From: an uncultured Bacilli bacterium
Lineage (GTDB): Bacteria; Bacillota_I; Bacilli_A; RF39; UBA660
Reading direction: 5' to 3'
Length of the DNA stretch: 64,000 nucleotides
NCBI GenBank assembly: GCA_947629025.1
Contig: CANRCC010000003.1
Location: 7,521 to 71,520, forward strand
Shown: positions 30,578-40,154 of the stretch, in pieces
Numbering within the stretch: the first letter of the stretch is position 1
Layout: every line of letters starts with the position of its first letter
Made by a program: the position numbers and the translations under genes
The notes under the pieces: generated by a model
What the model was told of the DNA's origin: nothing
Databases searched by the model: none
Seen by the model: only the letters and a program-made list of their open reading frames with translations

Positions 30578-31849
30578 CTATAAAGTTTTTCTTGTATCAT
30601 CTATTTCTTCAATACCATTTTGCATTTCAATCATTTTCTTTTGTTCATTATGCAACGTTTCTAAAATTGAATTTAATAAAATAACTTCATTTTGATTATT
30701 GGCCAATGATTTAAGTGAATTAGCATTATCTATTAATTCATTAATTCTACTTATCAATACTTTCAATTCTACAGCATCTATTTTATTATCTAATAGCATA
30801 AATTTATATTCTGCATTTATCTTATTCATTTTCTCTTTTAATTGATTGACTAATATAGTTAATTCAGTTTCTCCTTGAATGGCAGGTTTAAATTTTTGTA
30901 ATTTACTATCTTTATTATCTTGCTCTTGATAATTTTCTTTTTGAACATTGGCAACTGGAGCACTATTATATGATGGTTGATTATGTATTTCAATTTCTTG
31001 ATTAGATACTAATTTAGAATTAAGATTATCTAAATTGGCATTCCAATAGTTAAACTCATCTTGATCATGTAATATTTTAGATTCATTAATTTTAATTTTA
31101 ACAAAATCAATTTGTTCTTGAATACTCATTGATTCCCATTTTTTTGGATCGACTTCCATTCTTGATTTCCTAATAATTTTTTCTATTGCAGATTTTGCAT
31201 AATTATATGCAACATAATCATTATTTTGTTTTGCGATTTGTTTTTGCTTTTCTAATTTGTTAAGTTCATTAGCTCTAAAATGTTTAACGCTTGATTGTGT
31301 ATTATTACTTTGCTCGTTTTTGGGTGAATTTTCATATTTATTAACCTTAAAATCAATGATTACTTTTGATACACCATTATGTTGTAATTCACTCAAATCC
31401 TGACTGATTTTTAAATTTTCTATATCTAAACCTTTTTCTCTAAATTTTAATCTTAAGTATGCCATACCATATTCACTTTTTGGAGCTACTAAAATTGAAA
31501 ATTTACTATTTTGAAGATCATCGCCTGACATCATTTCTTCATAATGCCCATTTGAACATAGTATAGCATTTATTAACTTGTTTATTCCATATGAATTTGA
31601 TTCATTATTAACACTAAATTTTTCCATCGTGTTTTTTATATAATCTTCTTGAGATTTTTTAGTCTTTCCAAATTGTTGTATATCAAATTGATATGAATCT
31701 TTAGATTCTCTAAAAATAAGAATAGATGATTTAACTTTTAAAATAGTATCTTCATCAAGTACTTGTTGATTATTTTGCTTATTAATAACTATATTATTTT
31801 CAATTTTATATTTAGAACAATAATTCATTATTTCTTCATAACTTAACAT
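30578..31849 (-). CDS. Hypothetical protein (ORFan, 423 aa, Asn/Gln-rich, coiled-coil C-terminus)
   Basis: GGAGGT ribosome-binding site. No recognisable motifs. Confidence 0.5.
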   Translation of the reverse strand: MLSYEEIMNYCSKYKIENNIVINKQNNQQVLDEDTILKVKSSILIFRESKDSYQFDIQQFGKTKKSQEDYIKNTMEKFSVNNESNSYGINKLINAILCSNGHYEEMMSGDDLQNSKFSILVAPKSEYGMAYLRLKFREKGLDIENLKISQDLSELQHNGVSKVIIDFKVNKYENSPKNEQSNNTQSSVKHFRANELNKLEKQKQIAKQNNDYVAYNYAKSAIEKIIRKSRMEVDPKKWESMSIQEQIDFVKIKINESKILHDQDEFNYWNANLDNLNSKLVSNQEIEIHNQPSYNSAPVANVQKENYQEQDNKDSKLQKFKPAIQGETELTILVNQLKEKMNKINAEYKFMLLDNKIDAVELKVLISRINELIDNANSLKSLANNQNEVILLNSILETLHNEQKKMIEMQNGIEEIDDTRKTL

Positions 31850-32268
31850 ATATAACCTCCACTAGTATTACACATATTATACTACATAATATCGTATATT
31901 TAGTAAATCTTTATATTATTTAATGACAACTTTACATTATAACTCTAAATATCATTTTTCTTCTTTAATTTTTATAACTCGCTATCTTTTTAACAATAAT
32001 TTTCATATTAATTTTATTATAATCATTACTAATATAAAAATAGATATTTTAAATGAAAACTTATATAAAATTGTGTTAATTTCTAATTAAGTACTAAAAA
32101 ATATGATATTTTTGCTAGATAATAGTTGATACTAATATATTAACTAATTATCAAACTATTTAAGTCTAATTTACAAAAAAAAAACATTATGCTGTAAAGT
32201 TTACATTTTAAATAAAAGATGATAATAAAACTATGATATAATATTTGTGAGAGGTTGGTGTAATTTAA

Positions 32269-32802
32269 ATGAAACGTAGTGAAATTCATAAAAATTATTT
32301 AAAAGTTGCAGAAGAACGCTTAGTTTTAGAAGAAAAAATTGAAAGTTTTATTAAAAATTGGGAAGAGGGAAACTCAAGTCTTAGCAGTTCTACTATTCAG
32401 CAAATTATTGATAAAGCTTATGAGAGACTACAAGAACTAAAGAACTTAGAAGAAAAATTAAATACTGAATATTGGGCTCAAATACAAAAGGAAGAAGATA
32501 AAAAAATGGCTGATATAAGTGTTCATCATAATTTAGAAGAAAGACCAACAAACATAGAAATTGTTGATGGTGTCCTTTCAAGTAATGCTAATGAATCTCA
32601 TTTAATTGGTAAACAAAAAACTCCAGAACAACTTGAAAATGAAAGGACTAAATTATTAAGTGACATAAAATCAAAAGTTATGAATCATGAAATTTCATTA
32701 GCAGAAGCTTCAAAATTAACAAATGATGTTAATACTGCTTATGATTTTTATAATGATTCATCTGAAGTATTATCTGATGATAATAATCAAATGCATATGT
32801 AA
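32269..32802 (+). CDS. Hypothetical protein (ORFan, 177 aa)
   Basis: ORF with GAGAGGT upstream. Divergent from 30578-31849 across a 420-bp AT-rich spacer. Confidence 0.45.
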   Translation: MKRSEIHKNYLKVAEERLVLEEKIESFIKNWEEGNSSLSSSTIQQIIDKAYERLQELKNLEEKLNTEYWAQIQKEEDKKMADISVHHNLEERPTNIEIVDGVLSSNANESHLIGKQKTPEQLENERTKLLSDIKSKVMNHEISLAEASKLTNDVNTAYDFYNDSSEVLSDDNNQMHM

Positions 32803-32928
32803 AAATATAATTCTACTTGACCAGATACTACATCAAATTACATAATTTTATAATACTATTTAAAAACAATAAAAATGTCTTGAAATCTTTTAAAATCAAG
32901 ACATTTTTTAACAATCTAATACTATAAA

Positions 32929-32970
32929 ACAACTATTTTTTTAATAATAAAATTTTTGCTGCTTGATAAT
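32929..32970. repeat. 42-bp perfect direct repeat, copy 1
   Basis: acaactatttttttaataataaaatttttgctgcttgataat is identical to 34191-34232. Confidence 0.85.
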
Positions 32971-33023
32971 TAGACAAAATGATTAGTGCACAAATATATT
33001 CTAGCAAAAAAAGAAACAACTCT

Positions 33024-34058
33024 TTAATTGCTACTTCCTGAATTATTTTTAAATAATTTTCGTAATCTTTTGTGAACACCATTTTCATCTTTTTGTAACT
33101 TTTCTGGGTCTTGTTTTTCATCACGATCAATTTTTGAATTTATAGCCGTTTCTTGATTTTCTAAAGTATGAACTTGTTCAGATGATGCTACTGGTTTTGC
33201 TGGTTCAGAAGCAGTTTTAATTTCGTTATTATTAGAAAATTCTATTACATCATCAATTGTTGGTTCAACAATACTTATTGGACTAGATGTTAACCTAAAC
33301 TTATCTTTTTCAATAAAATCAATTCTAAACCATTTTAAATCAAACTTGCCATCTTTAACAGTTAATAACATATCAGAATATTTTCCAAAAATAGCAGGAC
33401 CATAGACTTTAAAATTTCTTATTTCATCAATAGTTTTTAAAGTATTTGCTTTTTCATAATTTTCAGCAGTATCATATTCAGGATTTATAATTTTACCAAT
33501 ATTATAATCTGCTTTTCTATTTTTTAATTCCATTCTAATAATTTCATTATCACTTGGAATAACATTTTTGCCAATATGAATTTTGTCTTTATCATTTCTT
33601 GCAAATAATATTATTCCATTTCTATCTACAACATACATTGAATCATAATTATTACTATCAAATATTTTTTCTATTTCATATCTATTTAATTCTACAGAAT
33701 CTTCTATTGCATACCTTTCATCAACTGGCAAAGATTCTTCTAGCCATAAGGCTCTATCATTACCTTTAAAAAAGTAATCTTTGTGAAATCGAAAACCTCT
33801 TACTGAACCTCTAAAATTCAAATATGTCTTATTGTATTCAAATAATTCAGTAAAATGTAACCAATCATTTTGTTCTTTTTCATGGTAAGGAAATAAATTT
33901 CTACTTGGATGATTAACATATTTATTTACTAAAACCTTATCTCCAACTTTTAATAATAATATCTCATCTGTACTTACAATAAAATGGCAATCATCAGTGT
34001 ATGGCATAAGTTGTACTAAATTTCCTATACAATATTTTTTATCTATTGCTTGAATCAT
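33024..34058 (-). CDS. Hypothetical protein (ORFan, 344 aa) bracketed by 42-bp direct repeats
   Basis: AAGGGAGGT ribosome-binding site. No recognisable motifs. Confidence 0.5.
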   Translation of the reverse strand: MIQAIDKKYCIGNLVQLMPYTDDCHFIVSTDEILLLKVGDKVLVNKYVNHPSRNLFPYHEKEQNDWLHFTELFEYNKTYLNFRGSVRGFRFHKDYFFKGNDRALWLEESLPVDERYAIEDSVELNRYEIEKIFDSNNYDSMYVVDRNGIILFARNDKDKIHIGKNVIPSDNEIIRMELKNRKADYNIGKIINPEYDTAENYEKANTLKTIDEIRNFKVYGPAIFGKYSDMLLTVKDGKFDLKWFRIDFIEKDKFRLTSSPISIVEPTIDDVIEFSNNNEIKTASEPAKPVASSEQVHTLENQETAINSKIDRDEKQDPEKLQKDENGVHKRLRKLFKNNSGSSN

Positions 34059-34190
34059 TGTATAAACCTCCCTTTGATATAATCATTATAACATTTTAAT
34101 GATTATTTTTTGATATATCATTAGATTTCTATGTAAAAAAATTAAAATAGTTTGAACAAAATTATCAATAGTGTCCTAATAGAAAATACG

Positions 34191-34232
34191 ACAACTATTT
34201 TTTTAATAATAAAATTTTTGCTGCTTGATAAT
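34191..34232. repeat. 42-bp perfect direct repeat, copy 2 (encodes the C-terminus of HD protein 34195-34764)
   Basis: Identical to 32929-32970. In this copy it encodes ...HYQAAKILLLKK* of the intact HD gene. Confidence 0.85.
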
Positions 34233-34764
34233 GAGGTAAAATGATTTCTTTTCCTTTGTCTGACAATTTATTGTAGCTTCTTTGTAATTTATTATAAACA
34301 AATTCTGCACCATCATCTATAGACATATTTTTTTCTACATATACCATTCTAAGTAAATAAGGTACACTATAAAAATGAGCCATACCATCTGCATCAGCTA
34401 CACATATCTCTTCTTTAGTTGTTTTTTGTACTAATCTACTTCCTCGATGATTTAAAATACATTTTTTTATTAGTTCTATATCTTCTTTTTCTATTAGATA
34501 AGAAGATAATAATTCTTCTGCTATTTGAGCTCCAATTATATGATGTTCTTCTGTATAAGATTTATCAGTAACAGATGCAATATCATGTAATAAAGCAGCT
34601 AAAGCAACTATATCGTGATTTGCTCCATATTCATATGAAATTTCTGTAGCAATTTTATAAACTAATTCTATATGGTGATCCCAAGCTCCAAGTCCATATG
34701 CATTAGATGGTAACATACATCTTCTTCTAACTTCGTCATATATTTCCTTTATTACATCATTCAT
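34195..34764 (-). CDS. HD-domain phosphohydrolase (small, about 190 aa)
   Basis: H..H...HD...H...D pattern: WDHHIELV...LLHDIASV...ADADGMAH. Confidence 0.8.
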   Translation of the reverse strand: MNDVIKEIYDEVRRRCMLPSNAYGLGAWDHHIELVYKIATEISYEYGANHDIVALAALLHDIASVTDKSYTEEHHIIGAQIAEELLSSYLIEKEDIELIKKCILNHRGSRLVQKTTKEEICVADADGMAHFYSVPYLLRMVYVEKNMSIDDGAEFVYNKLQRSYNKLSDKGKEIILPHYQAAKILLLKK

Positions 34765-34944
34765 AAAACTAGCCCCCTATAAATACATATTGTGAACAAT
34801 ATAAATACATTTTTTAATTTAAAAACAATTAATATAAACTATAAAAATTATAACATAAATTAAGTCATTTTAAAACTCGAACAATAAAAGTTCGAGCTTA
34901 CTATCAATATGGTGCGAGTGACGTAGTAATATGCAACTTTTAAA

Positions 34945-35613
34945 TTATGATATTAAATCAATATATCGAACTTCTCTACCATTTATTAAAAATATATAAT
35001 TTTTATTTAAATATTCTGCAACTTTTTTAGGTATAGTAATTGCTTTCTCCCAACTTTTTAATACTGAAATATCAAAATTTGCTTCAGTAAAATATTTTAC
35101 TATTAAATTATTATCATCAATTAAAATATCTACTTTTTTTATTTTTTGGATTTCTTTATTAACCCAATCTTGAATACTGGAATTTATCGTTCTATGATAC
35201 GTCACATCTAATTTATCAGCCAGCACTAAAGAGAGTCCAATCAAAGATTGTATATTATTGCCTTTGGAATGATCTAAAATTGCTTGTTTAATAATTTCCA
35301 TTTCTTCTAAACTAATATCATTTTTATCAATATATCTAGAAAATATTTTGCTACTTTCTATAGCATGGTCTATTTTATCTCCTTTACTAAGCCCAATATC
35401 ATGTAATAAAGCACAAGTCATTCCTAGCTCAATTGTTCTTTCATTGGCATTTAACTGTATTAAAATCTTTTTTACATAATCAGCAACTCTCTTATAATGA
35501 CCTAGACCATGCTCCCAATCCCATTTTCCATTTGAAATAAATTTCATTTGTTCTATTCTTTTTACAGTTTTTATATATTGTTCATTATTCAATAATTTAT
35601 CATATAAGTTCAT
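34945..35613 (-). CDS. HD-domain phosphohydrolase (222 aa), tandem paralog
   Basis: GLGHYKRV...LLHDIGLS...LDHSKG. AAGGGTGA ribosome-binding site. Confidence 0.8.
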   Translation of the reverse strand: MNLYDKLLNNEQYIKTVKRIEQMKFISNGKWDWEHGLGHYKRVADYVKKILIQLNANERTIELGMTCALLHDIGLSKGDKIDHAIESSKIFSRYIDKNDISLEEMEIIKQAILDHSKGNNIQSLIGLSLVLADKLDVTYHRTINSSIQDWVNKEIQKIKKVDILIDDNNLIVKYFTEANFDISVLKSWEKAITIPKKVAEYLNKNYIFLINGREVRYIDLIS

Positions 35614-35795
35614 ATCATCACCCTTAAATTATAGCAAATATTTTGTTTATGCAAAATATTTAACCCACTAGGTATTTTGACAAGCATACGAAAATTACCT
35701 AAAGGGCTATTCAATTTTATATTAAGTTCGAAAAAGTTCGAACAGATTTTCCAATGGTGCCCTGAAAGAAGAAGTACAACAACTTTTTAATAAAG

Positions 35796-36707
35796 TTAGT
35801 CGTTTAAACCACCTGACATTATTCTATACTTCATATTGTTATTCCAAATTTCTCTTAGTTTAAAAAAGTTAATATCTGGTTCTAACATTAAAGTAGCTAA
35901 ATCATCTAACTCTTTTAATTCATCTTCGGTTAAATTTAAATCTTTATCTAAAATATACTTTGGTAAATGCAGAAAAATTATTTCGTCATTCATAAGAGAA
36001 TGAAAATCATAAAATAAGCCATGTAAAGCTGCTTTAATACCTATAGTTTTTGGAGATGATGCATAATATATCTCATTATCGCTATATTTTCCATTTCTTA
36101 ATCCCAAATAAGCTTCTGCCCCAAATATAAATTTATTTCTTGGTATATCTAATAAATTAAAATCAATATGGTATTCTAATAATATATCATCATCAAAGTA
36201 CATATCTGCATCTACTAGAAACCATCTTTTTTCTTTATCATTATAATATTCACATATCCAATGATCGCCAGCTTCTTTATTTGAAATATTGCAGTAAGTT
36301 GTAAACCCACTGCGAACACGTGCAGAAAATCCTTTTGATTTTAGAATACTTGTAAGTAAAATTGCTTGCTCTCTACAACATACATGAATTTTATCCTCTA
36401 TTTTCCTATCTTTAGAATAATTCTCATTTCTTCTTAAAAGTTCTGCTATCATAGATTGAGCTGTAGGGAATAAATCATTTTCATAGTTTAAACTAGTTTT
36501 GCTAATTTTAGTCATATCGCCATAAAAAGAATTGGCATCATTTCTCATTTTTTCATCACATAAATCAAAGGGGTGAATAATTTGGTTTCTTTGTAATAAA
36601 CATAATTCTTTTATATCGTTTGGTAAATTTATAGCAAAGTTCTTGTATAGTCCTAAATCTGTGTATAAACTTGTTCTTTTATAAAAATTGAGTATTTCTT
36701 CTTTCAT
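35796..36707 (-). CDS. Transglutaminase-like cysteine peptidase superfamily protein
   Basis: Cys-His-Asp triad context VCCREQAILLTS...GDHWICEYY...WFLVDAD. Confidence 0.7.
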   Translation of the reverse strand: MKEEILNFYKRTSLYTDLGLYKNFAINLPNDIKELCLLQRNQIIHPFDLCDEKMRNDANSFYGDMTKISKTSLNYENDLFPTAQSMIAELLRRNENYSKDRKIEDKIHVCCREQAILLTSILKSKGFSARVRSGFTTYCNISNKEAGDHWICEYYNDKEKRWFLVDADMYFDDDILLEYHIDFNLLDIPRNKFIFGAEAYLGLRNGKYSDNEIYYASSPKTIGIKAALHGLFYDFHSLMNDEIIFLHLPKYILDKDLNLTEDELKELDDLATLMLEPDINFFKLREIWNNNMKYRIMSGGLND

Positions 36708-36864
36708 ATCTGTTATCTCCTCGTATTACATATAAATTATCTTTGTCAATTTGCAAGTGTGTTTTTTAAATTGACAAATATATCAATTTAAATTTAAAAA
36801 TATTATATCATATTTTCAAACATATTAAAACTCGAACTGTACTAGTCCGAGTTTCCTATCTATC

Positions 36865-36941
36865 TGGTGTCCCCGGGCAGAATTGAACTGCCGACCTATC
36901 GCTTAGGAGGCGATTGCTCTATCCAACTGAGCTACGAAGAC
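36865..36941 (-). tRNA. tRNA-Arg (anticodon CCT)
   Basis: The reverse complement GTCTTCGTAGCTCAGTTGGATAGAGCAATCGCCTCCTAAGCGATAGGTCGGCAGTTCAATTCTGCCCGGGGACACCA folds as a cloverleaf. It has a 7-bp acceptor stem, a D-arm GCTC/GAGC, an anticodon loop CTCCTAA, a T-arm GGCAG/CTGCC and a CCA end. A hairpin follows at 36823-36850. Confidence 0.85.
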
Positions 36942-36963
36942 ATCCCAAAAATATTATATCATA

Positions 36964-37902
36964 TTATTTGAATATTTTTACCTTTTCTTTATTGTTATTA
37001 AGATAACATATTTCATCTGGATAATCTGTTATTATTAAAATATCATTAATTCTACTATCTAACTCTTCTTTTAAAATTTTATAGTCATCATATGAATTTA
37101 TAGTCCATACTGATATTGTTTTTCCTTTACTTATTTGTTCATCAACAATTTCTTTAGTAACTAGATTTTTTCTAACACCAAACATTTCAAAATCACTATC
37201 TAAATATTTTAAATTTTTTTCTTTTCCTATAATTAATTGATACTTATAATTTGGATATTTTTCTTTCATTAAAGATAACATATCATATTCACTTGCTTGT
37301 AATATTATATCAAAATCTCCACTATATTTACTGAATATTTCATTTACTTTATCCATAAATTTAGTATTATCTTCACTTGAAAATTTCATATCTACTAATA
37401 ATGTTTTCTTACACTCAATATTATCTAATACATTATCAAGAGTAGTAACTATTCCCTCATCATTACGTGTTTTTTTATATCTATCATATATTAATTTTCC
37501 ATCTTTACCTAACAAACAAGATTTTAAAAGTTGCAACTTTGGTATAGATGATACCTTATAATTTTTTTCATTAATTTCATCAAGTGATTTTTCTGATACT
37601 TTACCTAAACCAGATATTTTTGAATTATGTGATAATACTAATTCATTATCTTTTGTTAATCTTATATCAAGTTCAATACCATCTGTACAATCACAAGATG
37701 CAGCTTTTTTTATTGAATTAAAAGAATTTTCTACTTCTACAGAAGAAAATCCTCTATGTGCAATTATGTTACCATCGTGATTACATTCACTTTCATAGTG
37801 ATTTTTTACATTTTCCTCATATTGTATTTTTTGATGTGTTAGTAATGAACATGCTATAAAACCAACTAATCCTGAACAATATATTAATTTTTTATAATTC
37901 AT
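36964..37902 (-). CDS. Glycerophosphodiester phosphodiesterase (membrane/secreted)
   Basis: HRGFSS...E.D is the GDPD catalytic HR(G) motif. ELDIRLTKDNELVLSHN. N-terminal signal sequence. GAGGTGA ribosome-binding site before ATG 37902. Confidence 0.85.
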   Translation of the reverse strand: MNYKKLIYCSGLVGFIACSLLTHQKIQYEENVKNHYESECNHDGNIIAHRGFSSVEVENSFNSIKKAASCDCTDGIELDIRLTKDNELVLSHNSKISGLGKVSEKSLDEINEKNYKVSSIPKLQLLKSCLLGKDGKLIYDRYKKTRNDEGIVTTLDNVLDNIECKKTLLVDMKFSSEDNTKFMDKVNEIFSKYSGDFDIILQASEYDMLSLMKEKYPNYKYQLIIGKEKNLKYLDSDFEMFGVRKNLVTKEIVDEQISKGKTISVWTINSYDDYKILKEELDSRINDILIITDYPDEICYLNNNKEKVKIFK

Positions 37903-37959
37903 TACTATCACCTCACGGGTTTCATATTATATCATAAATTTTTTTATATTCAAAATCTA

Positions 37960-39270
37960 TTAGTTTTTTAATGCTTTTCGCATCTTTTTCCATAATTTAT
38001 TTCCAGAATAATTTAATATTCCCTCTTTATATATTTTTAAACCATATTTAATTAATAAATATATAACTACTATCATTAGTAAAATAGATAAAATAATATC
38101 TTTCATTCCTATTACCCCTGTTATTAGTAATGATGGAGATAATATTGCAGATATAAATGGAATATATGAGAAAATTCTTATAAATAATGATCCTTCAAAT
38201 AAAGAACTCATTAGTGATAAGTAAAATCCTACCATAGATATTACTATTATTGGTGTCTGAAGTTGTTGGAAATCTTCCATATTTGTAGTCATAGATGCAA
38301 GAATACCTGCTAAAAGAGAATAACCTAATAATGTAATTAACATTAATACTATTACTATCGGAAGATAATTTACAACTTTATCTAGTATTCCTAAATTGCT
38401 TGCACTACTTATTATATCTGAAATATTTTCTATTTTAGATAAACCATTCATTCCATTATTTCCTCTAAGTAATATTCCTATAAATCCATAAAGAACAATT
38501 AATAATGTTTGAATTAGTACAAATAAATTAGCAGCAACTACCTTTGAAAAGAAATGAACTTTTGCAGATACATTAGATATTATTATTTCCATACTTTTTG
38601 TAGATTTCTCTTCATTTATTTCTGCACCAATCATTTGTATAATTAACATTATAAGAAAGAAAAATGGAAGTATTATTATAGGTGTTACTATTCCCATAAT
38701 CATATTTGTTGTTTCTTCTTCTTGATTCTTATTTTTCTGAATAAATTCTCTTTTAATAATAACACTTTGACTTATTTTTGCTAGTTTTTCTTGTTCTATA
38801 TTTAATTTATTAATTGCTATTAGTTGTTTACTTGTATTTATAGAACTTTGTAATAATTGATAAAGATTTGTATTTATATAACCATAAGTAATTATTTTAG
38901 CATCTATAATATTTTCATCATCATTATTTATTATAATACCAATATCTTTATCTTTTTTTATTTTACTTCTTAATGTTTTTTCATTATCAACTTTTTTTAT
39001 TTTATATTTAATGCTTGTATCTATTATTAATTTTGCATTATCCATAGACTCTTTAAGTACATCATAGCTTTCATTAGTATTATCAACTACCATTATATTA
39101 TTAGTTTCATTAAAATCTCCACCGAAAAATGTAACTATTTTATCAATATTAGTAATTCCAATTAACAATATAATTAAAATTATATTTGCAATTATAAATG
39201 TCTTATTTTTTATCTTTTTTAGTAAACTCATTTTTGTTAAGAATATAAATTTATTCTTCATTTCTAACAC
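37960..39270 (-). CDS. ABC-2 type transporter permease
   Basis: N-terminal TM helix, a large extracytoplasmic loop and 5-6 C-terminal TM helices. It overlaps the ATPase gene. Confidence 0.75.
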   Translation of the reverse strand: MLEMKNKFIFLTKMSLLKKIKNKTFIIANIILIILLIGITNIDKIVTFFGGDFNETNNIMVVDNTNESYDVLKESMDNAKLIIDTSIKYKIKKVDNEKTLRSKIKKDKDIGIIINNDDENIIDAKIITYGYINTNLYQLLQSSINTSKQLIAINKLNIEQEKLAKISQSVIIKREFIQKNKNQEEETTNMIMGIVTPIIILPFFFLIMLIIQMIGAEINEEKSTKSMEIIISNVSAKVHFFSKVVAANLFVLIQTLLIVLYGFIGILLRGNNGMNGLSKIENISDIISSASNLGILDKVVNYLPIVIVLMLITLLGYSLLAGILASMTTNMEDFQQLQTPIIVISMVGFYLSLMSSLFEGSLFIRIFSYIPFISAILSPSLLITGVIGMKDIILSILLMIVVIYLLIKYGLKIYKEGILNYSGNKLWKKMRKALKN

Positions 39271-40150
39271 CTACTTCTTTAGTAAATATTTCATGTAATG
39301 ATAATTCTACTACTTCAAATTTAGTAACATTTTTACATTTTGTTATATATTTGAAAATACTCTCTACATATTTTTTATCTTCTATACTTAATTCAATTTC
39401 GTCTCCCTTGATTAATACATTTTTTACTCCTTTTAATTTTTTTAATTCAGTTTTTGACGCATCTGCTTTTACAAGTATTTTCCTTTCATCATAATTACTT
39501 TTTATATCTTTTAAGTTACCTTTAAGAATTGTCTTACCATGATCTAGAATCATTAACTTTTCGCAGAATAATTCAACATGATTCATTTGATGTGAAGAGA
39601 ATATTATCATAGTACCATTTTCTTTAAGTTCATTTATTACCTCAATAAACATATCTACATTTATAGGATCAAGGCCACTAAATGGTTCATCTAAGATTAA
39701 TAATTCTGGTTTATGAATTATTGCAGATATAAATTGTATTTTTTGCTTATTTCCTTTTGATAATTCTTTTATTTTTTTATTTTCATATTCTTCTATTTTA
39801 AATCTTTTAAGCCATTTTTTTAATTCGTTTTCTATATCTTCCTTAACCATACCTTTTAATGAAGCATAATATATCATTAATTCTTTTACAGTAAGTTTTA
39901 ATAGTAAACTTCTTTCTTCTGTTAAATAGCCTATTTTATCTGTAATATCATAATTAATAACTTGTCCATTTAAAGTTATTTTACCAGATGTAGGTTCTAA
40001 TAAATTCATAATCATTCTAAATGTTGTAGTTTTACCAGCACCATTCGCACCCAAAAGTCCAAAAATTTCTCCTTTATTTACTTCAAAAGATAAGTTATCA
40101 ACAGCTTTAAAGTCATCATAATATTTAGTTACATTTTCTACTTTTAACAT
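39251..40150 (-). CDS. ABC transporter ATP-binding protein
   Basis: Walker A GANGAGKTT, signature LSKGNKQK, Walker B LLILDEP. AAAGGAG ribosome-binding site before MLKVENV. Confidence 0.9.
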   Translation of the reverse strand: MLKVENVTKYYDDFKAVDNLSFEVNKGEIFGLLGANGAGKTTTFRMIMNLLEPTSGKITLNGQVINYDITDKIGYLTEERSLLLKLTVKELMIYYASLKGMVKEDIENELKKWLKRFKIEEYENKKIKELSKGNKQKIQFISAIIHKPELLILDEPFSGLDPINVDMFIEVINELKENGTMIIFSSHQMNHVELFCEKLMILDHGKTILKGNLKDIKSNYDERKILVKADASKTELKKLKGVKNVLIKGDEIELSIEDKKYVESIFKYITKCKNVTKFEVVELSLHEIFTKEVGVRNEE

Positions 40151-40154
40151 CTTA

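Noticed and set aside
32169-32180. A10 homopolymer in the 420-bp spacer upstream of 32269-32802 as a phase-variation tract
   Set aside because: Poly-A runs are common in DNA of this AT content. The tract is not within the -10/-35 spacing of a clear promoter.
32933-33130. 65-aa ORF ending ...YQAAKILLLKK
   Set aside because: Its only notable feature is the 42-bp repeat shared with the HD gene. The upstream part has no ribosome-binding site and overlaps the real gene 33024-34058. It is interpreted as a repeat-derived spurious ORF, not a gene.
34895-35765. Motifs resembling tRNA 3' ends (TGGTGCGAGTGACG, TGGTGCCCTGAAAG) near the HD genes, considered as possible att or tRNA-fragment remnants of integration
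   Set aside because: They do not match the tRNA-Arg 3' end beyond CACCA and do not fold into a cloverleaf. One overlaps a CDS. They are too short to separate from chance in AT-rich DNA.
34868-36850. Recurrent GTTCGAAC/CTCGAAC palindromic hairpins in three intergenic spacers
   Set aside because: They are most simply intrinsic terminators for the minus-strand genes and the tRNA. They are too few and too short to call a repeat family or CRISPR-like array.
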